Both the position numbers and the translations under genes were made by a program. A stretch of 17,475 nt of DNA, filler included, from Candidatus Zapsychrus exili (GTDB lineage Bacteria; Omnitrophota; Gorgyraeia; Zapsychrales; Zapsychraceae), in NCBI GenBank assembly GCA_030765585.1. It is 2 parts of 2 records of this genome, joined end to end, with 100 filler letters (N's around TTAATTAATTAA, not from the genome) between each part and the next. Parts side by side here need not be neighbours in the genome. Positions count along the whole stretch, not along the records: positions 1 to 12,492 come from JAVCCJ010000077.1; 1 more part is not named here. One strand, 5' to 3'. Shown piece after piece: positions 1 through 10,450 of the stretch (within the stretch, counting starts at the first letter, position 1; every line of letters begins with the position of its first letter). The notes beneath the pieces are model-generated. The model was not told the origin of the DNA, made no database searches, and saw only the letters and a list, made by a program, of their open reading frames with translations.

Positions 1-59
1 AAAAGAATTTTCTTCTTTAACTCTGGTATCTTAAAACTATTAACAAATGATGACAGCAT
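1..59 (-). CDS. secY: Preprotein translocase SecY, 5' end only (runs off the window)
   Basis: ATG at 59-57 reads MLSSFVNSFKIPELKKKIL, matching the typical SecY N-terminus (F-KIPEL-KKI); directly downstream of rplO as in the spc operon. Confidence 0.9.
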   Translation of the reverse strand, partial: MLSSFVNSFKIPELKKKIL

Positions 60-71
60 ATAATTAAAATC

Positions 72-578
72 TTATTTTTTAGAAACTAATTTTTTCTTAG
101 CTAATTGTTTTTTAGATAGTTTTCTACTAGATTCTTCTTTAGACTCTTCTATCTTTCCACCAGCTTTAATAATTTTATCACGAGCAGTAGCTGACATGCT
201 CTCTGTTTGAAAAACAAGAGCTTGCTTTATTTCTCCATTTCCCAAAATCTTAAAAGGTTTATTAATGCTATTTATTAAACCTTCCTTTTTAAGAAGCTCT
301 GCGGTCACAATAGTACCTTCTTTAAGACTACTTAATCTATCTAATGTAACAATTTGATTTAGTATAGGTCTTTTACTTCTAAAACCAACTTTTGCAAGAC
401 GTCTAATTAAAGGGCTTTGTCCGCCTTCTGACCCGCCTACAGTCCATCGTCCTGAACGAGATCTCTGACCATTCTCACCACGACCACTAGTTTTACCAGA
501 ACCTGATCCTTGCCCGCGACCAATAATTCTTTTCTTTTTTCTCGACCCTTTTGGCGACTTTAATTCGTGAAGTTGCAT
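72..578 (-). CDS. rplO: 50S ribosomal protein L15
   Basis: MQLHELKSPKGSRKKKRIIGRGQGSGSGKTSGRGENGQRSR, EGGQSPLIRRL and KILGNGEI motifs; operon position. Confidence 0.98.
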   Translation of the reverse strand: MQLHELKSPKGSRKKKRIIGRGQGSGSGKTSGRGENGQRSRSGRWTVGGSEGGQSPLIRRLAKVGFRSKRPILNQIVTLDRLSSLKEGTIVTAELLKKEGLINSINKPFKILGNGEIKQALVFQTESMSATARDKIIKAGGKIEESKEESSRKLSKKQLAKKKLVSKK

Positions 579-599
579 GCTTTAAAACCTTTACTTTTA

Positions 600-1403
600 T
601 TAATCAACAGTTTTTAAACGAGTTAATCCATCAATAGTTGCCTTAACTACATTGATTGGGTTATTTGATCTATGACATTTTGTTAAAATATTATGTATAC
701 CCGCTCCATCGCAAATAGCACGTACAGGACCAGATGCTATAACACCAGTACCTTCAGAAGCTGGTTTAAGGAGAACTCTTGCTCCACCACATTGTCCAAT
801 AATTTCATGAGTTATAGTTGTTCCTCTCATAGGAACTTTAATTAAATTTTTCTTTGCAATACCCATAGACTTTCTAATAGCAATCGCAACCTCTGCGGCT
901 TTTGCTAAAGCATATCCAACATTTCCTTTTGTATCGCCTACAACAACCAAAGCACTAAAAGACAATTTCTTACCACCTTTAGTTACTTTTGTTATTCTAT
1001 TTATAGATATAACTTTTTCAATAAAACCAGTTTCTTCAAAAGTATTATATTGTCTCTTTTTAGGAGGAGCGCCTCTATTATTTCTAGCAAATTCTTTTGG
1101 CTTAGGTTTTTCAGCGACAACAGAAGCTTCTTTTTTCTCAACCGTTTCTTTCTTCGAATCCTCTTTCACTTCTTCAACCTTAATCTCTTCAGCCTTAGCT
1201 TCTTCTTTCACTTCTTCAACCTTAGTCTCTTCAACCTTAGCCTCTTCTTTTACCTCTTCAACCTTAGCTTCCTCTTTCACTTCTTCAGTCTTAACTTCCT
1301 CTTTAGATTCTTGTTGCACTTCTTCTGCTTTAGCTTCAACAGCATCTACTTGTTCTGGCTTTTCTTGATTCTCTAATTGTTGTTTATTTTCTTCGTTTTC
1401 CAT
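600..1403 (-). CDS. rpsE: 30S ribosomal protein S5 with long acidic N-terminal extension
   Basis: C-terminal half [29 protein letters not shown]...[18 protein letters not shown]...[11 protein letters not shown] is canonical S5. Confidence 0.97.
   Translation of the reverse strand: MENEENKQQLENQEKPEQVDAVEAKAEEVQQESKEEVKTEEVKEEAKVEEVKEEAKVEETKVEEVKEEAKAEEIKVEEVKEDSKKETVEKKEASVVAEKPKPKEFARNNRGAPPKKRQYNTFEETGFIEKVISINRITKVTKGGKKLSFSALVVVGDTKGNVGYALAKAAEVAIAIRKSMGIAKKNLIKVPMRGTTITHEIIGQCGGARVLLKPASEGTGVIASGPVRAICDGAGIHNILTKCHRSNNPINVVKATIDGLTRLKTVD
1161..1305 (-). repeat. Imperfect coding tandem repeat in the rpsE extension (KVEEVKEEA / KVEET units)
   Basis: Recurrent plus-strand units like TCTTTCACTTCTTCAACCTTAG; protein [45 protein letters not shown]; boundaries approximate. 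Confidence 0.85.
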
Positions 1404-1408
1404 AATCC

Positions 1409-1774
1409 TTAAAACTCTAAACCCCCTTTTCGAGCTCCATCAGCAAATGCCTTAACTCTTCCGTGAAAAAGGTATCCTCCTCTATCAAAACAAACTTTTT
1501 TGATTCCTTTTTCTTGAGCTTCTTTAGCAAAAACTTCTCCAAAAGCTTCTGCAGCACTAACATTGCCACCACTTTTAACAGAGCTACATCTCTTATCTAA
1601 AGTAGACATTCCTAATAAAGTTTTTCCACAACTATCGTCTACTATTTGAGCTTGTAAATTTTTCAAGCTTCTATGAATACACAATCTTAATCTATCAGGA
1701 GTACCTGATACTGTTTTTCTTATTCTTCTATGACGAAGTATTCGTTTGAATTCTTTTTTATCTATCTTTTTCAT
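1409..1774 (-). CDS. rplR: 50S ribosomal protein L18
   Basis: [44 protein letters not shown]. Confidence 0.98.
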   Translation of the reverse strand: MKKIDKKEFKRILRHRRIRKTVSGTPDRLRLCIHRSLKNLQAQIVDDSCGKTLLGMSTLDKRCSSVKSGGNVSAAEAFGEVFAKEAQEKGIKKVCFDRGGYLFHGRVKAFADGARKGGLEF

Positions 1775-1782
1775 AATAAAAC

Positions 1783-2322
1783 CTATTTTGTAACTGACTT
1801 TCCTTGTTTTCTTCTTACAATCTCGCCCACGTATCTAATTCCTTTTCCCTTGTAAGGTTCAACTGGCTTTAAAGCTCTTATTTTTGCTGCCGTTTGACCA
1901 ACAGAGACATTGTTTGTACCTTCTATAGAAATAGATGTCTGAGTAGGAACTGTAATTGTTACATCCTCTGGAGACTCAAACTCTACAGGATGGCTAAAAC
2001 CTAAATTAAATGTTATTTTGTTTCCTTGTAATTGTGCGCGAAAACCAATTCCTTGTATTTCTAAATCTTTCTTATGTCCCTTTGTTATACCAATTACCAT
2101 ATTATTCAATCTAGCCCTTATGGTACCGTGATTAGAACGATTTTGTTTTGCGTTAGAAGTGCGAGTTATGACTAACTCCTCTCCCTTATGCTCTACATTT
2201 ATACCATTTGGTATATTTATGTCTAGTTTGCCTTTTGGTCCTTCTAAGCAAACATTTCCGCCATTAATATTTACCTTAACTTCTTTTGGTACACTAACTG
2301 GAACTTTTCCTATTCTTGACAT
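1783..2322 (-). CDS. rplF: 50S ribosomal protein L6
   Basis: MSRIGKVPV, LGFSHPV, EPYKGKGIRY. Confidence 0.98.
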   Translation of the reverse strand: MSRIGKVPVSVPKEVKVNINGGNVCLEGPKGKLDINIPNGINVEHKGEELVITRTSNAKQNRSNHGTIRARLNNMVIGITKGHKKDLEIQGIGFRAQLQGNKITFNLGFSHPVEFESPEDVTITVPTQTSISIEGTNNVSVGQTAAKIRALKPVEPYKGKGIRYVGEIVRRKQGKSVTK

Positions 2323-2335
2323 ATTCTTTTATACC

Positions 2336-2728
2336 TTACCAAATATAACACAATACTTCTCCACCAACTTTTGCCTTACGAGCTTCTTTATCCGTAATAA
2401 CACCCTTAGAGGTTGAAAGTACTGCTGTTCCCATACCGTTTAAGACCCTAGGAATATTATCCCTTTGAGCGTAAACTCTTAAACCCGGTTTAGAGACTCT
2501 TTTAATACCAATAATAGCCTTCTTTTCGCCATATTTTAAATAAATTTTATAGCTTCCTTGAACACTATCTTTCATTAGACGAAAATCTTCAACATATCCC
2601 TCTGACTTAAAGATTTCCAATGTCTTACCTATCAGCTTAGAAGCTGGAACATCTACTGTTTCTTTTTTAGCTTGTTGACCATTTCGTATTATCGTCAAAA
2701 AATTACTAATTGGATCGTTCAATGACAT
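2336..2728 (-). CDS. rpsH: 30S ribosomal protein S8
   Basis: DPISNFLTIIRNG, RVSKPGLRVY, STSKGVITDKEARKAKVGGEVLCYIW. Confidence 0.98.
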   Translation of the reverse strand: MSLNDPISNFLTIIRNGQQAKKETVDVPASKLIGKTLEIFKSEGYVEDFRLMKDSVQGSYKIYLKYGEKKAIIGIKRVSKPGLRVYAQRDNIPRVLNGMGTAVLSTSKGVITDKEARKAKVGGEVLCYIW

Positions 2729-2768
2729 TTCTTATTCCTTTATTTTCTTTTATAAAATAGAGAACTAC

Positions 2769-2954
2769 TTACCAACTTGCTTTCTTAACACCCGGGATTT
2801 CTCCCTTCCAAGCTAATTCTCTAAAACAAATTCTACAAACACCGAATCTTCGCAAAAATGCTTTTGGTCGCCCACACAATTGACAACGATTATATTGTCT
2901 TGTTGAGAATTTTGGTTTTCGTGCTGCTTTATTTACTAATGCTTTTTTTGCCAT
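2769..2954 (-). CDS. rpsZ: 30S ribosomal protein S14, short zinc-binding type Z
   Basis: 61 aa, RCQLCGRP...CRICFRELA...IPGVKKASW with both CxxC pairs. Confidence 0.97.
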   Translation of the reverse strand: MAKKALVNKAARKPKFSTRQYNRCQLCGRPKAFLRRFGVCRICFRELAWKGEIPGVKKASW

Positions 2955-2961
2955 AATATTT

Positions 2962-3507
2962 TTATTTCTTACTAAAAGGCATTCCTAATAGAGTTAACAA
3001 CTCAAATACCTTTTCTTTTTCGCCATTTTTGAAAACTAATGTTATATCCATACCTTGTGTATACGCCATTCGTCCAGTATCAATTTCTGGAAAAATTGCT
3101 TGATCTGAAAGACCAAGAGTATAGTTGCCTTGCTTATCAAAGCCATTACGTGAAACACCATTAAAATCTCTAATCCTAGGAAGAGCTACATTAACCATTC
3201 TATCTAAAAATTCATACATTTTTGTTTTACGCAAAGTTACTTTACATCCAACTGTCATTCCTTCACGTAATTTAAAATTTGAGATAGATTTCTTTGCTTT
3301 TGTTACAATTGGCTTTTGACCTGTAATCGTTGTCATTATATCAACAGCATGATCCATCATCTTAGCATCACTAATCGCTCCACCAACTCCCATATTAACA
3401 ACTATTTAATCTAGCCTAGGCAAAGCTAAAGAGTTTTTTATATTAAACTTCTCTTTTAAGGCCGGTATACATTCTTGGTTATATTTATCTTGTAAACGAG
3501 AACTCAC
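2962..3507 (-). CDS. rplE: 50S ribosomal protein L5 (in-frame TAA at codon 34, probably a base-call error)
   Basis: GTG at 3507-3505 reads [41 protein letters not shown], in frame with the 2962..3393 ORF ([28 protein letters not shown]). Confidence 0.93.
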
Positions 3508-3509
3508 CT

Positions 3510-3821
3510 TTAAACCACCTCTCCACTTTTTTTGCTAATTCTTACTTTCGAACCATCTTTTAAAATTGAAACACCAAAACGAGTTGGCTTATTTGTCTTT
3601 TTATCTAAAAGCATAATATTTGAAATGTGTATAGACGTTTCTATTTCAATAAAACCACCTTGTTGATCTTGCTGAGTTTTTCTCTTTGCCTTCTTTACCA
3701 TATTAATGTTTTCAACTATAACACGATCACTCTTAGGAAAAACTCTTAAAATTTTACCTATCTTCCCTTTGTCTTTCCCAGCAATTACAACTACTTGATC
3801 ATTTTTTTTAATACTTAACAT
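3510..3821 (-). CDS. rplX: 50S ribosomal protein L24
   Basis: IKKNDQVVVIAGKDKGKIGK KOW motif, IHISNI. Confidence 0.98.
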   Translation of the reverse strand: MLSIKKNDQVVVIAGKDKGKIGKILRVFPKSDRVIVENINMVKKAKRKTQQDQQGGFIEIETSIHISNIMLLDKKTNKPTRFGVSILKDGSKVRISKKSGEVV

Positions 3822-4190
3822 TTAAACTACCTCAGGTGCTAAAGAAATTATTTTCATATAATCCATACCTCTTAGCTCTCTTGCAACAGGACCAAAAACA
3901 CGTGTTCCTCTTGGGTTGCCTGCATCATCTACAATTACAACCGCATTGCTATCAAAACGAACGTATGTTCCATCAGAGCGTCGGATAGGAAATTTTGTTC
4001 TTACAACAATAGCTTTTGCCATTGTTCCTTTTTTAACTGCCGCTTCTGGAGCAGATTCTTTAATATTTACCTTAATAGTATCTCCAATTTTAGCAAACCG
4101 CCTGCCTTTTACATTAAGCGCACTTATCATAGAAGCCTTACGAGCTCCGGAATTATCAGCTACATTTAATAATGTTTTCATATATATCAT
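3822..4190 (-). CDS. rplN: 50S ribosomal protein L14
   Basis: VADNSGAR, GTRVFGPVARELR, KIISLAPEVV. Confidence 0.98.
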   Translation of the reverse strand: MIYMKTLLNVADNSGARKASMISALNVKGRRFAKIGDTIKVNIKESAPEAAVKKGTMAKAIVVRTKFPIRRSDGTYVRFDSNAVVIVDDAGNPRGTRVFGPVARELRGMDYMKIISLAPEVV

Positions 4191-4199
4191 AAAGACCTC

Positions 4200-4472
4200 T
4201 TATTCTTCTAATTTCTTTACTATACTAGCAATTACCCAGCGTTTATCTTTTGAAATTGGGCGAGTCTCTTGAATCTTAACAATATCCCCTGCTTTAGATT
4301 CATTTTTCTCGTCATGCGCTTTATATTTAGAAGCAGTTCTTACAACTTTTGTATATTTAGAATGTTTTGTAGACCACTTAACCTGAACAGTGCGAGTCTT
4401 GTTCATCTTGTCACTTACAACAGTGCCTTGAAGAACTTTTCTTCTATTTAGTCTCTTTGTCACTTCTGGCAT
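4200..4472 (-). CDS. rpsQ: 30S ribosomal protein S17
   Basis: GTVVSDKMNKT, KYKAHDEKN, ETRPISKDKRW. Confidence 0.97.
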   Translation of the reverse strand: MPEVTKRLNRRKVLQGTVVSDKMNKTRTVQVKWSTKHSKYTKVVRTASKYKAHDEKNESKAGDIVKIQETRPISKDKRWVIASIVKKLEE

Positions 4473-4662
4473 CTTCTATTTCTCTTTCTCTTAATATTGT
4501 CAAAATACGAGCAATATCTTTTTTTAACATTTTAAAACGTGCTGGTTTTTCAACAGCGCCCATTTTGCGTTGATAACTAAGATCAAAAAGCTCTTTTTTA
4601 AATGTTTTCTCTTTTTGTATCAACTCTTCTTTTGTTAATTCTTTTAAATCTTTTATTTTCAT
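4444..4662 (-). CDS. rpmC: 50S ribosomal protein L29
   Basis: MKIKDLKELTKEEL...KKDIARILTILRERE; between rplP and rpsQ. Confidence 0.96.
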   Translation of the reverse strand: MKIKDLKELTKEELIQKEKTFKKELFDLSYQRKMGAVEKPARFKMLKKDIARILTILREREIEDARSDKETK

Positions 4663-4668
4663 AGCAAA

Positions 4669-5085
4669 TTAATGTCCAGCTCTTGTAACAAATTTTGTTT
4701 TTAATGGTAGTTTAAATGAAACTAATCTAAAAATTATCTTTGCAAAATCTTCAGGAACGCCACTTATCTCAAATAAGACTCTACCTCTTTTAACTACGGC
4801 TACCCAATGATCAAGATCACCTTTTCCTTTACCCATACGAGTTTCAGCAGGCTTTTTAGAAACAGGTTTACTAGGAAATATATTTATCCAAAGGGTGCCT
4901 GCCCCTTTTAGCTTTCTAGCTACAACAACACGACAAGCCTCTATATGATTAGAACGAATCATTCCATTTTCTATAGCCTTAAGTCCGTATTCCCCAAAAG
5001 TTATTTTACTTCCTGTTGTTGCAATTCCTCTATTTTTTCTTTTTTGGGACTTACGATATTTAACTTTTCTTGGCAATAAAACCAT
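4669..5085 (-). CDS. rplP: 50S ribosomal protein L16
   Basis: LLPRKVKYRK, KKPAETRMGKGKG, KLPLKTKFV. Confidence 0.98.
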   Translation of the reverse strand: MVLLPRKVKYRKSQKRKNRGIATTGSKITFGEYGLKAIENGMIRSNHIEACRVVVARKLKGAGTLWINIFPSKPVSKKPAETRMGKGKGDLDHWVAVVKRGRVLFEISGVPEDFAKIIFRLVSFKLPLKTKFVTRAGH

Positions 5086-5089
5086 CTAT

Positions 5090-5767
5090 TTAGCTCTCCT
5101 GTTTATTTTCAGCAACACTTGTGTTCTGTCTCTTTATTTGTTTTATAACATCACCTTTATAAACCCAAACCTTAACGCCAAGTATTCCATAAGTAGTCAA
5201 AGCTTCAGCAAAACCATAATCGATTTTTGATCTAAACGTTTGTAAAGGCAACTTTCCTTCTTTATAACTTTCTTGACGCGCCATTTCAACTCCATTAAGA
5301 CGTCCAGCGCATCTAATTTTAATACCCTTTGCACCTGATGTCATAGCGTTATCGATAGCTCTTTTCATTGCGCGACGAAATGCGATTCTTTTTTCAAGTT
5401 GAAAAGCAACATTTTGTGCAATTAGTTGAGCTTCAATAGAAGGATTCTTAATTTCTCTTGGATCAATAGTAATTTCTTTTGAAGTTATCTTTGCCAACTC
5501 TTCCTTTAATCTATCAATATCAGCACCGCGACGACCAATAATAACACCTGGTCTTGCAGTATGAATGATAACTTTTACCTTATCAGCCAATCTTTCAATA
5601 ACAACCTTAGCTACCGCAGCTTGCACAAATCTCTTTTTGATAAACTTTCTAATCTTTTGATCTTCGATAACGTTCTTTGCAAATTCATGTTTATCGGCAT
5701 ACCAACGACTTCTCCAGTCTTCGATGTATCCAATTCTTAAAACAATAGGACTTACTTTTTGACCCAC
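5090..5767 (-). CDS. rpsC: 30S ribosomal protein S3
   Basis: MGQKVSP, TARPGVIIGRRG, GRLNGVEMAR, TTYGILGVKVWVYKG; GTG start. Confidence 0.98.
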   Translation of the reverse strand: MGQKVSPIVLRIGYIEDWRSRWYADKHEFAKNVIEDQKIRKFIKKRFVQAAVAKVVIERLADKVKVIIHTARPGVIIGRRGADIDRLKEELAKITSKEITIDPREIKNPSIEAQLIAQNVAFQLEKRIAFRRAMKRAIDNAMTSGAKGIKIRCAGRLNGVEMARQESYKEGKLPLQTFRSKIDYGFAEALTTYGILGVKVWVYKGDVIKQIKRQNTSVAENKQES

Positions 5768-5779
5768 TTTGACTCCCCT

Positions 5780-6115
5780 TTATTTTGCTATCAAATCTAA
5801 TTCTATTGTTAAATGTGATGTTTTCTTTATTATCTTTGTTGCGCGACCAAATGCAGCCGCTCTGAATCTTCTCCATGAAGGGCCTTGGTCAGCAGTTATC
5901 TTAGAAATAAAAAGCTGTTCTTCTGATAAACCTTTTTGCTTAGCATTACTTGCAGCCGAATTAAGCACTTTAGAAATCATTTTTGTTGATCCCTTGTTTG
6001 CCTGCATCAATATAGCTAATGCTGTTGGCACATCACGACCTCTAATAAGATCAATCACTTGTCTAAGTTTAATAGGTGAAACTCTAACATATCTTGCTTT
6101 TGCTATTGATATCAT
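5780..6115 (-). CDS. rplV: 50S ribosomal protein L22
   Basis: AKARYVRVSPIKLRQVIDLIRG, SAASNA, GRATKIIKKTSHLTIEL. Confidence 0.98.
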   Translation of the reverse strand: MISIAKARYVRVSPIKLRQVIDLIRGRDVPTALAILMQANKGSTKMISKVLNSAASNAKQKGLSEEQLFISKITADQGPSWRRFRAAAFGRATKIIKKTSHLTIELDLIAK

Positions 6116-6120
6116 AATAA

Positions 6121-6408
6121 TTATGTCTTTTGAGCTGCTTTCTTAGCTTTGACTCCGCCATGTTTTCTAAAAATTCTTGAATTTGCGAAGACTCCTAGTT
6201 TATATCCAACCATATTCTCTGTTATAAAGACAGGAACATGTTTCTTTCCATCATGGACTGCGATTGTATAGCCTACAAAGTCTGGAATAATTGTTGATCT
6301 TCTAGACCAAGTTTTTATTGGCAACTTTGATCCAGATTCCACCACTCTGTTGAATTTCTTCATTAATGTATCTTCTATATAAGGACCTTTTTTAATAGAA
6401 CGTGGCAT
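6121..6408 (-). CDS. rpsS: 30S ribosomal protein S19
   Basis: [35 protein letters not shown]. Confidence 0.98.
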   Translation of the reverse strand: MPRSIKKGPYIEDTLMKKFNRVVESGSKLPIKTWSRRSTIIPDFVGYTIAVHDGKKHVPVFITENMVGYKLGVFANSRIFRKHGGVKAKKAAQKT

Positions 6409-7247
6409 TACTTAGCACCTCTTCTTCTTACAATATATTGATTTGAATATTTTTTACGTTTTCTCGTTTTAAAACCTTTTGTTGGCTTACCCCAAGGTGT
6501 TACGGGATGAGGGTTTCCTTGTGGAGCTTTTCCTTCACCACCACCATGAGGGTGATCGACAGGATTCATTACAACACCTCTTACCTGTCCTCTTTTACCT
6601 AACCAGCGCATACGACCTGCTTTTCCTATAGAACGACTTTCATGTTCAACATTACCTATTTGTCCAATAGTTGCACGACAATTAATATGAATTTTTCTTA
6701 CTTCTGATGAAGGCATTCTTATAAAAGCAAATTCGCCTTCCTTTGCCATAAGTTGTGCTGATGTTCCTGCTGAACGAGCTATTTGTCCACCTTTTCCAGC
6801 TTTTAATTCTATGTTATGAACACCTGTTCCAAGAGGAACTTTACTTAAAGGCATACAATTGCCTGCTTTAAATTCAATAACTGAGTCATAAGTACTTGAT
6901 ACCTTATCTCCTACTTTTAATTCTAAAGGAGCAAGAATATAAGATTTTGCTTCATCTTCATACTGAATTAAAGCAATTCGACAAGTTCTGTTGGGATCAT
7001 ATTCTATAGCAAGCACTATAGCTTCTTGATCAATACGATCACGTTTAAAATCTACTAACCTATACATACGCTTATGTCCACCACCGCGATATCTTGCAGT
7101 AATTCTTCCGTAAGAATTTCTTCCACCCTTTTTCTTCAAAGGCTTAAGAAGCGATTTTTCTGGCTTAGACTTTGTTATTTCTGCAAAATCAGAAATTGCT
7201 GTATGCCTTAAACTAGGTGTCGTTGGTTTAAATCTTTTAATTCCCAC
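6408..7247 (-). CDS. rplB: 50S ribosomal protein L2
   Basis: [41 protein letters not shown] start. Confidence 0.99.
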   Translation of the reverse strand: MGIKRFKPTTPSLRHTAISDFAEITKSKPEKSLLKPLKKKGGRNSYGRITARYRGGGHKRMYRLVDFKRDRIDQEAIVLAIEYDPNRTCRIALIQYEDEAKSYILAPLELKVGDKVSSTYDSVIEFKAGNCMPLSKVPLGTGVHNIELKAGKGGQIARSAGTSAQLMAKEGEFAFIRMPSSEVRKIHINCRATIGQIGNVEHESRSIGKAGRMRWLGKRGQVRGVVMNPVDHPHGGGEGKAPQGNPHPVTPWGKPTKGFKTRKRKKYSNQYIVRRRGAK

Positions 7248-7250
7248 TTT

Positions 7251-7529
7251 TTAAGTTACCTCTATCTTTTGACCTTCTTCAAGCGTTACAAATGCTTTTT
7301 TCCAATCAGGTGTTTTTCCTTGTTGCTGACGAACTCTTTTTTTCTTACCAGGCATAATTGTTACATTGACTGCAGCTACTTTTACCTTATATATTTCTTC
7401 GACAGCTTTCTTTATTTCAATTTTATTAGCACTCTTAGCTACTTCAAAAAGGTACTTTCTATCAATTTCTAGAGAAGCTCCTTTTTCTGTTCGTATTAAA
7501 TTTTTAATAATATCGTAAGATGTAATCAT
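7251..7529 (-). CDS. rplW: 50S ribosomal protein L23
   Basis: TEKG, ANKIEIKKAVE, WKKAFVTL. Confidence 0.97.
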   Translation of the reverse strand: MITSYDIIKNLIRTEKGASLEIDRKYLFEVAKSANKIEIKKAVEEIYKVKVAAVNVTIMPGKKKRVRQQQGKTPDWKKAFVTLEEGQKIEVT

Positions 7530-8149
7530 TTCTTTATTCTATCCAATAAACTGTTAAATGCTGTCTTAGATAACAATAGCTTTTTATTTTTTAAAATATC
7601 ATAAGCATTAACATCACAAGCTCTCATTAAATTAAACCCGCGAATGTTACGTGATGCTTTCATAATGCTTAAATCGCTACCGTCTAGCACAGCTAGGGTT
7701 TTACATTTTATATCTAGTTTTTCTAAAACTTTACTAAATTCTTTAGTTTTATTAAAAGCTTCTTTTAAATCAACAATACAAAGCAAATCTTTATCAATAA
7801 CTTTTGCACACAAGCTTTCTCTTAAAGCTGCCTTTTTTATCTTCTTAGGTAATGGATAATCGAAATCGCGAGGATGTGGTCCAAATACAACCCCACCACC
7901 TGCCCAAAGAGGATTACGACTAGAACCAACTCTGGCTCGTCCAGTACCTTTTTGACGATGTGGCTTTCTTCCGCCTCCAGATACACAAGATCTTCCTTTA
8001 GTAGATGCTGTTCCTTGACGCAAAGAAGCTTGATACATAACTACTGCTTGATGAATAACGTCTGCATTCACTTTGCCATTAAAAATATCATCTGGAAGAT
8101 CGATACTTTCTTTTTCTTTACCATTTTTATCTAAAACTGGAAATTTCAC
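7526..8149 (-). CDS. rplD: 50S ribosomal protein L4
   Basis: RQGTASTKGR, RQKGTGRARVGS, GGGVVFGPHPRD; GTG start. Confidence 0.98.
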   Translation of the reverse strand: MKFPVLDKNGKEKESIDLPDDIFNGKVNADVIHQAVVMYQASLRQGTASTKGRSCVSGGGRKPHRQKGTGRARVGSSRNPLWAGGGVVFGPHPRDFDYPLPKKIKKAALRESLCAKVIDKDLLCIVDLKEAFNKTKEFSKVLEKLDIKCKTLAVLDGSDLSIMKASRNIRGFNLMRACDVNAYDILKNKKLLLSKTAFNSLLDRIKK

Positions 8150-8183
8150 TTAACTTTTTCCTTTATTATTTTTAAAGAAGATA

Positions 8184-8888
8184 TTATTTCTTCTTGGCCT
8201 TTGCCTTACTTTGCTTCATAGGATTAATCTTATGTTTGATAACAGCTTTCTTCTCTTCAAGCGACCTATATGCCTTCTTAAAAGAACGATTTACAGAAAC
8301 AACTGCATTGTGATGTCCTGGAATAGCGCCTTTAACTAATATAATATTATTATCGGCATCAACCTCCATAACTCGCAATCCCTGAGTAGTAATTCTTTTT
8401 GCACCCATTTGACCTGGCATATTTGTACCCTTAAGTGTTCTTGAAGGATCAGCACTAGCACCAATGGAACCAACTCTTCTATGATGCATTGAACCATGTC
8501 CTCCTGGTCCACCAGACCAATGCCAACGTTTCATACCGCCTTGAAAACCTTTACCAATCGATGTTCCTGTAAAATCAACAAAGTCTCCTGGCTTAAAAAA
8601 ATCTGCCTTGATTTCTTGGCCAACTTGATAATCTTTGTTATCAGTTGAAGAAAATTCTCTTACAACTTTAGTAGGCGTTACAGAAATTTTCTTAAAGAAT
8701 CCTAATTCAGGCTTAGTTAGTCTTGATTCTTTAACAGCTCCAAAACCTAACTTAATCTTCATCGGTTCTTCTTTTAATTCCAAGACAGTACATGGCCCAA
8801 CTTCAACAACCGTTACGGGAACAACATTTCCTTCTGGGTCGAAAATCTGAGTCATACCTAATTTTTTTCCAATCAGACCTCTTAACAT
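8184..8888 (-). CDS. rplC: 50S ribosomal protein L3
   Basis: GKKLGMTQIF, GTSIGKGFQG, HRRVGSIG, MPGQMG, VKGAIPG. Confidence 0.98.
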   Translation of the reverse strand: MLRGLIGKKLGMTQIFDPEGNVVPVTVVEVGPCTVLELKEEPMKIKLGFGAVKESRLTKPELGFFKKISVTPTKVVREFSSTDNKDYQVGQEIKADFFKPGDFVDFTGTSIGKGFQGGMKRWHWSGGPGGHGSMHHRRVGSIGASADPSRTLKGTNMPGQMGAKRITTQGLRVMEVDADNNIILVKGAIPGHHNAVVSVNRSFKKAYRSLEEKKAVIKHKINPMKQSKAKAKKK

Positions 8889-8901
8889 TTCACTTACTTT
8901 C

Positions 8902-9204
8902 TTATTGTTTGATTTCTACGTCAACACCAGCAGGAAGATTTAACTTTCTTAATGCTTCAATCGTCTTTGCTGTCGGCTCAAGTAAATCAACTAACCTTTT
9001 ATGTGTTGCTAGACTAAATTGCTCTCTAGACTTTTTATCTATAACTGGAGACCTAAGAACCGTATAAAGTTCTTTTTTAGTAGGTAACGGTACGGGACCT
9101 GAAACTTTAGCTCCGGTACGAATTGCTGTATCTACTATCTCTTTTGTAGATTGGTCAATGAGCCTGTGATCAAACGCTTTTAATTTTATTCTTATTTTTT
9201 GCAT
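8902..9204 (-). CDS. rpsJ: 30S ribosomal protein S10
   Basis: [35 protein letters not shown]. Confidence 0.99.
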   Translation of the reverse strand: MQKIRIKLKAFDHRLIDQSTKEIVDTAIRTGAKVSGPVPLPTKKELYTVLRSPVIDKKSREQFSLATHKRLVDLLEPTAKTIEALRKLNLPAGVDVEIKQ

Positions 9205-9218
9205 ATTTTACCTTTTAG

Positions 9219-10412
9219 TTATTCTATAACCTCATGAATAACGCCAGCTCCAACAGTACGTCCACCTTCACGAATAGCGAAGCGTAGCTCTTTTTCCATA
9301 GCAACAGGTTGAATAAGTTCAACTTCCATTTCAACGTTATCACCTGGCATACACATCTCTACACCCTCTGGAAGAAGTGCTGTTCCGGTAACATCTGTTG
9401 TTCTGAAATAAAACTGTGGTCTATATCCTTTAAAGAAAGGAGTATGTCTTCCGCCTTCTTCTTTAGTTAGAATATATGCTTTAGCTTTAAATTTAGTATG
9501 TGCAGCAATTGTTCCAGGAGCAGCTAAAACTTGTCCTCTTTCAATTGCTTCTTTATCAATACCTCTTAAAAGAAGACCGACATTATCTCCTGCTTGTCCT
9601 TCTTCCATTTCTTTTCTAAACATTTCAACACCTGTTACAACCGTCTTTTTAGCTTCTTTTGTCATACCGACGATTTCAGCATTATCTCCAACATGAATCT
9701 TTCCTCTTTCGATTCTACCTGTTGCAACAGTTCCGCGACCAGAAATAGAGAAAACATCTTCTATCGCCATTGAGAATGGTTTATCTAGTTCACGAGGTGG
9801 TTCAGGAATAAAAGAATCAACGGCTTCCATCAGCTTATCAATTGATTCTGTTTTTGTTGGATCATCCATATTATTTAAGGCTTCTAAAGCACTTCCTTGA
9901 ATTATAGGAGTATTGTCTCCGTCATAATTATATTTAGTAAGAAGTTCTCTTAATTCCATTTCAACTAGTTCAAGAAGTTCTTTGTCTTCTACTTGATCAC
10001 ATTTATTCATGTAAACAACGATAGAAGGAACGTTTACCTGACGTGCTAAAAGGATATGCTCTTTTGTTTGAGGCATAGCTCCATCAGCAGCTGATACAAC
10101 TAGAATAGCTCCATCCATTTGAGCAGCACCAGTAATCATATTTTTAATATAATCAGCGTGACCTGGACAATCAATATGAGCATAATGACGACTCTCTGTT
10201 TCATACTCAAGATGAGCGATATTGATTGTAACTCCTCTTTCTTTTTCTTCAGGAGCGTTATCAATAGAATCATACGAACGCTCTTGAGCGAACCCTTTTT
10301 TTGCTTGATAAAGAGTGATCGCAGCTGAGAGAGTTGTTTTACCATGATCAACGTGACCAATGGTTCCGATGTTCATGTGCGGTTTATTTCTTACGAATTT
10401 TTCCTTAGCCAT
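9219..10412 (-). CDS. tuf: Elongation factor Tu
   Basis: [55 protein letters not shown] upstream. Confidence 0.99.
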   Translation of the reverse strand: MAKEKFVRNKPHMNIGTIGHVDHGKTTLSAAITLYQAKKGFAQERSYDSIDNAPEEKERGVTINIAHLEYETESRHYAHIDCPGHADYIKNMITGAAQMDGAILVVSAADGAMPQTKEHILLARQVNVPSIVVYMNKCDQVEDKELLELVEMELRELLTKYNYDGDNTPIIQGSALEALNNMDDPTKTESIDKLMEAVDSFIPEPPRELDKPFSMAIEDVFSISGRGTVATGRIERGKIHVGDNAEIVGMTKEAKKTVVTGVEMFRKEMEEGQAGDNVGLLLRGIDKEAIERGQVLAAPGTIAAHTKFKAKAYILTKEEGGRHTPFFKGYRPQFYFRTTDVTGTALLPEGVEMCMPGDNVEMEVELIQPVAMEKELRFAIREGGRTVGAGVIHEVIE

Positions 10413-10450
10413 AAATGCCTCCTTTTTAAATAAAAAGAATTTCTTATTTC

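Noticed and set aside
3406..3408. TAA reassignment to a sense codon
   Set aside because: Single instance; TAA terminates most other genes in the operon at their expected lengths.
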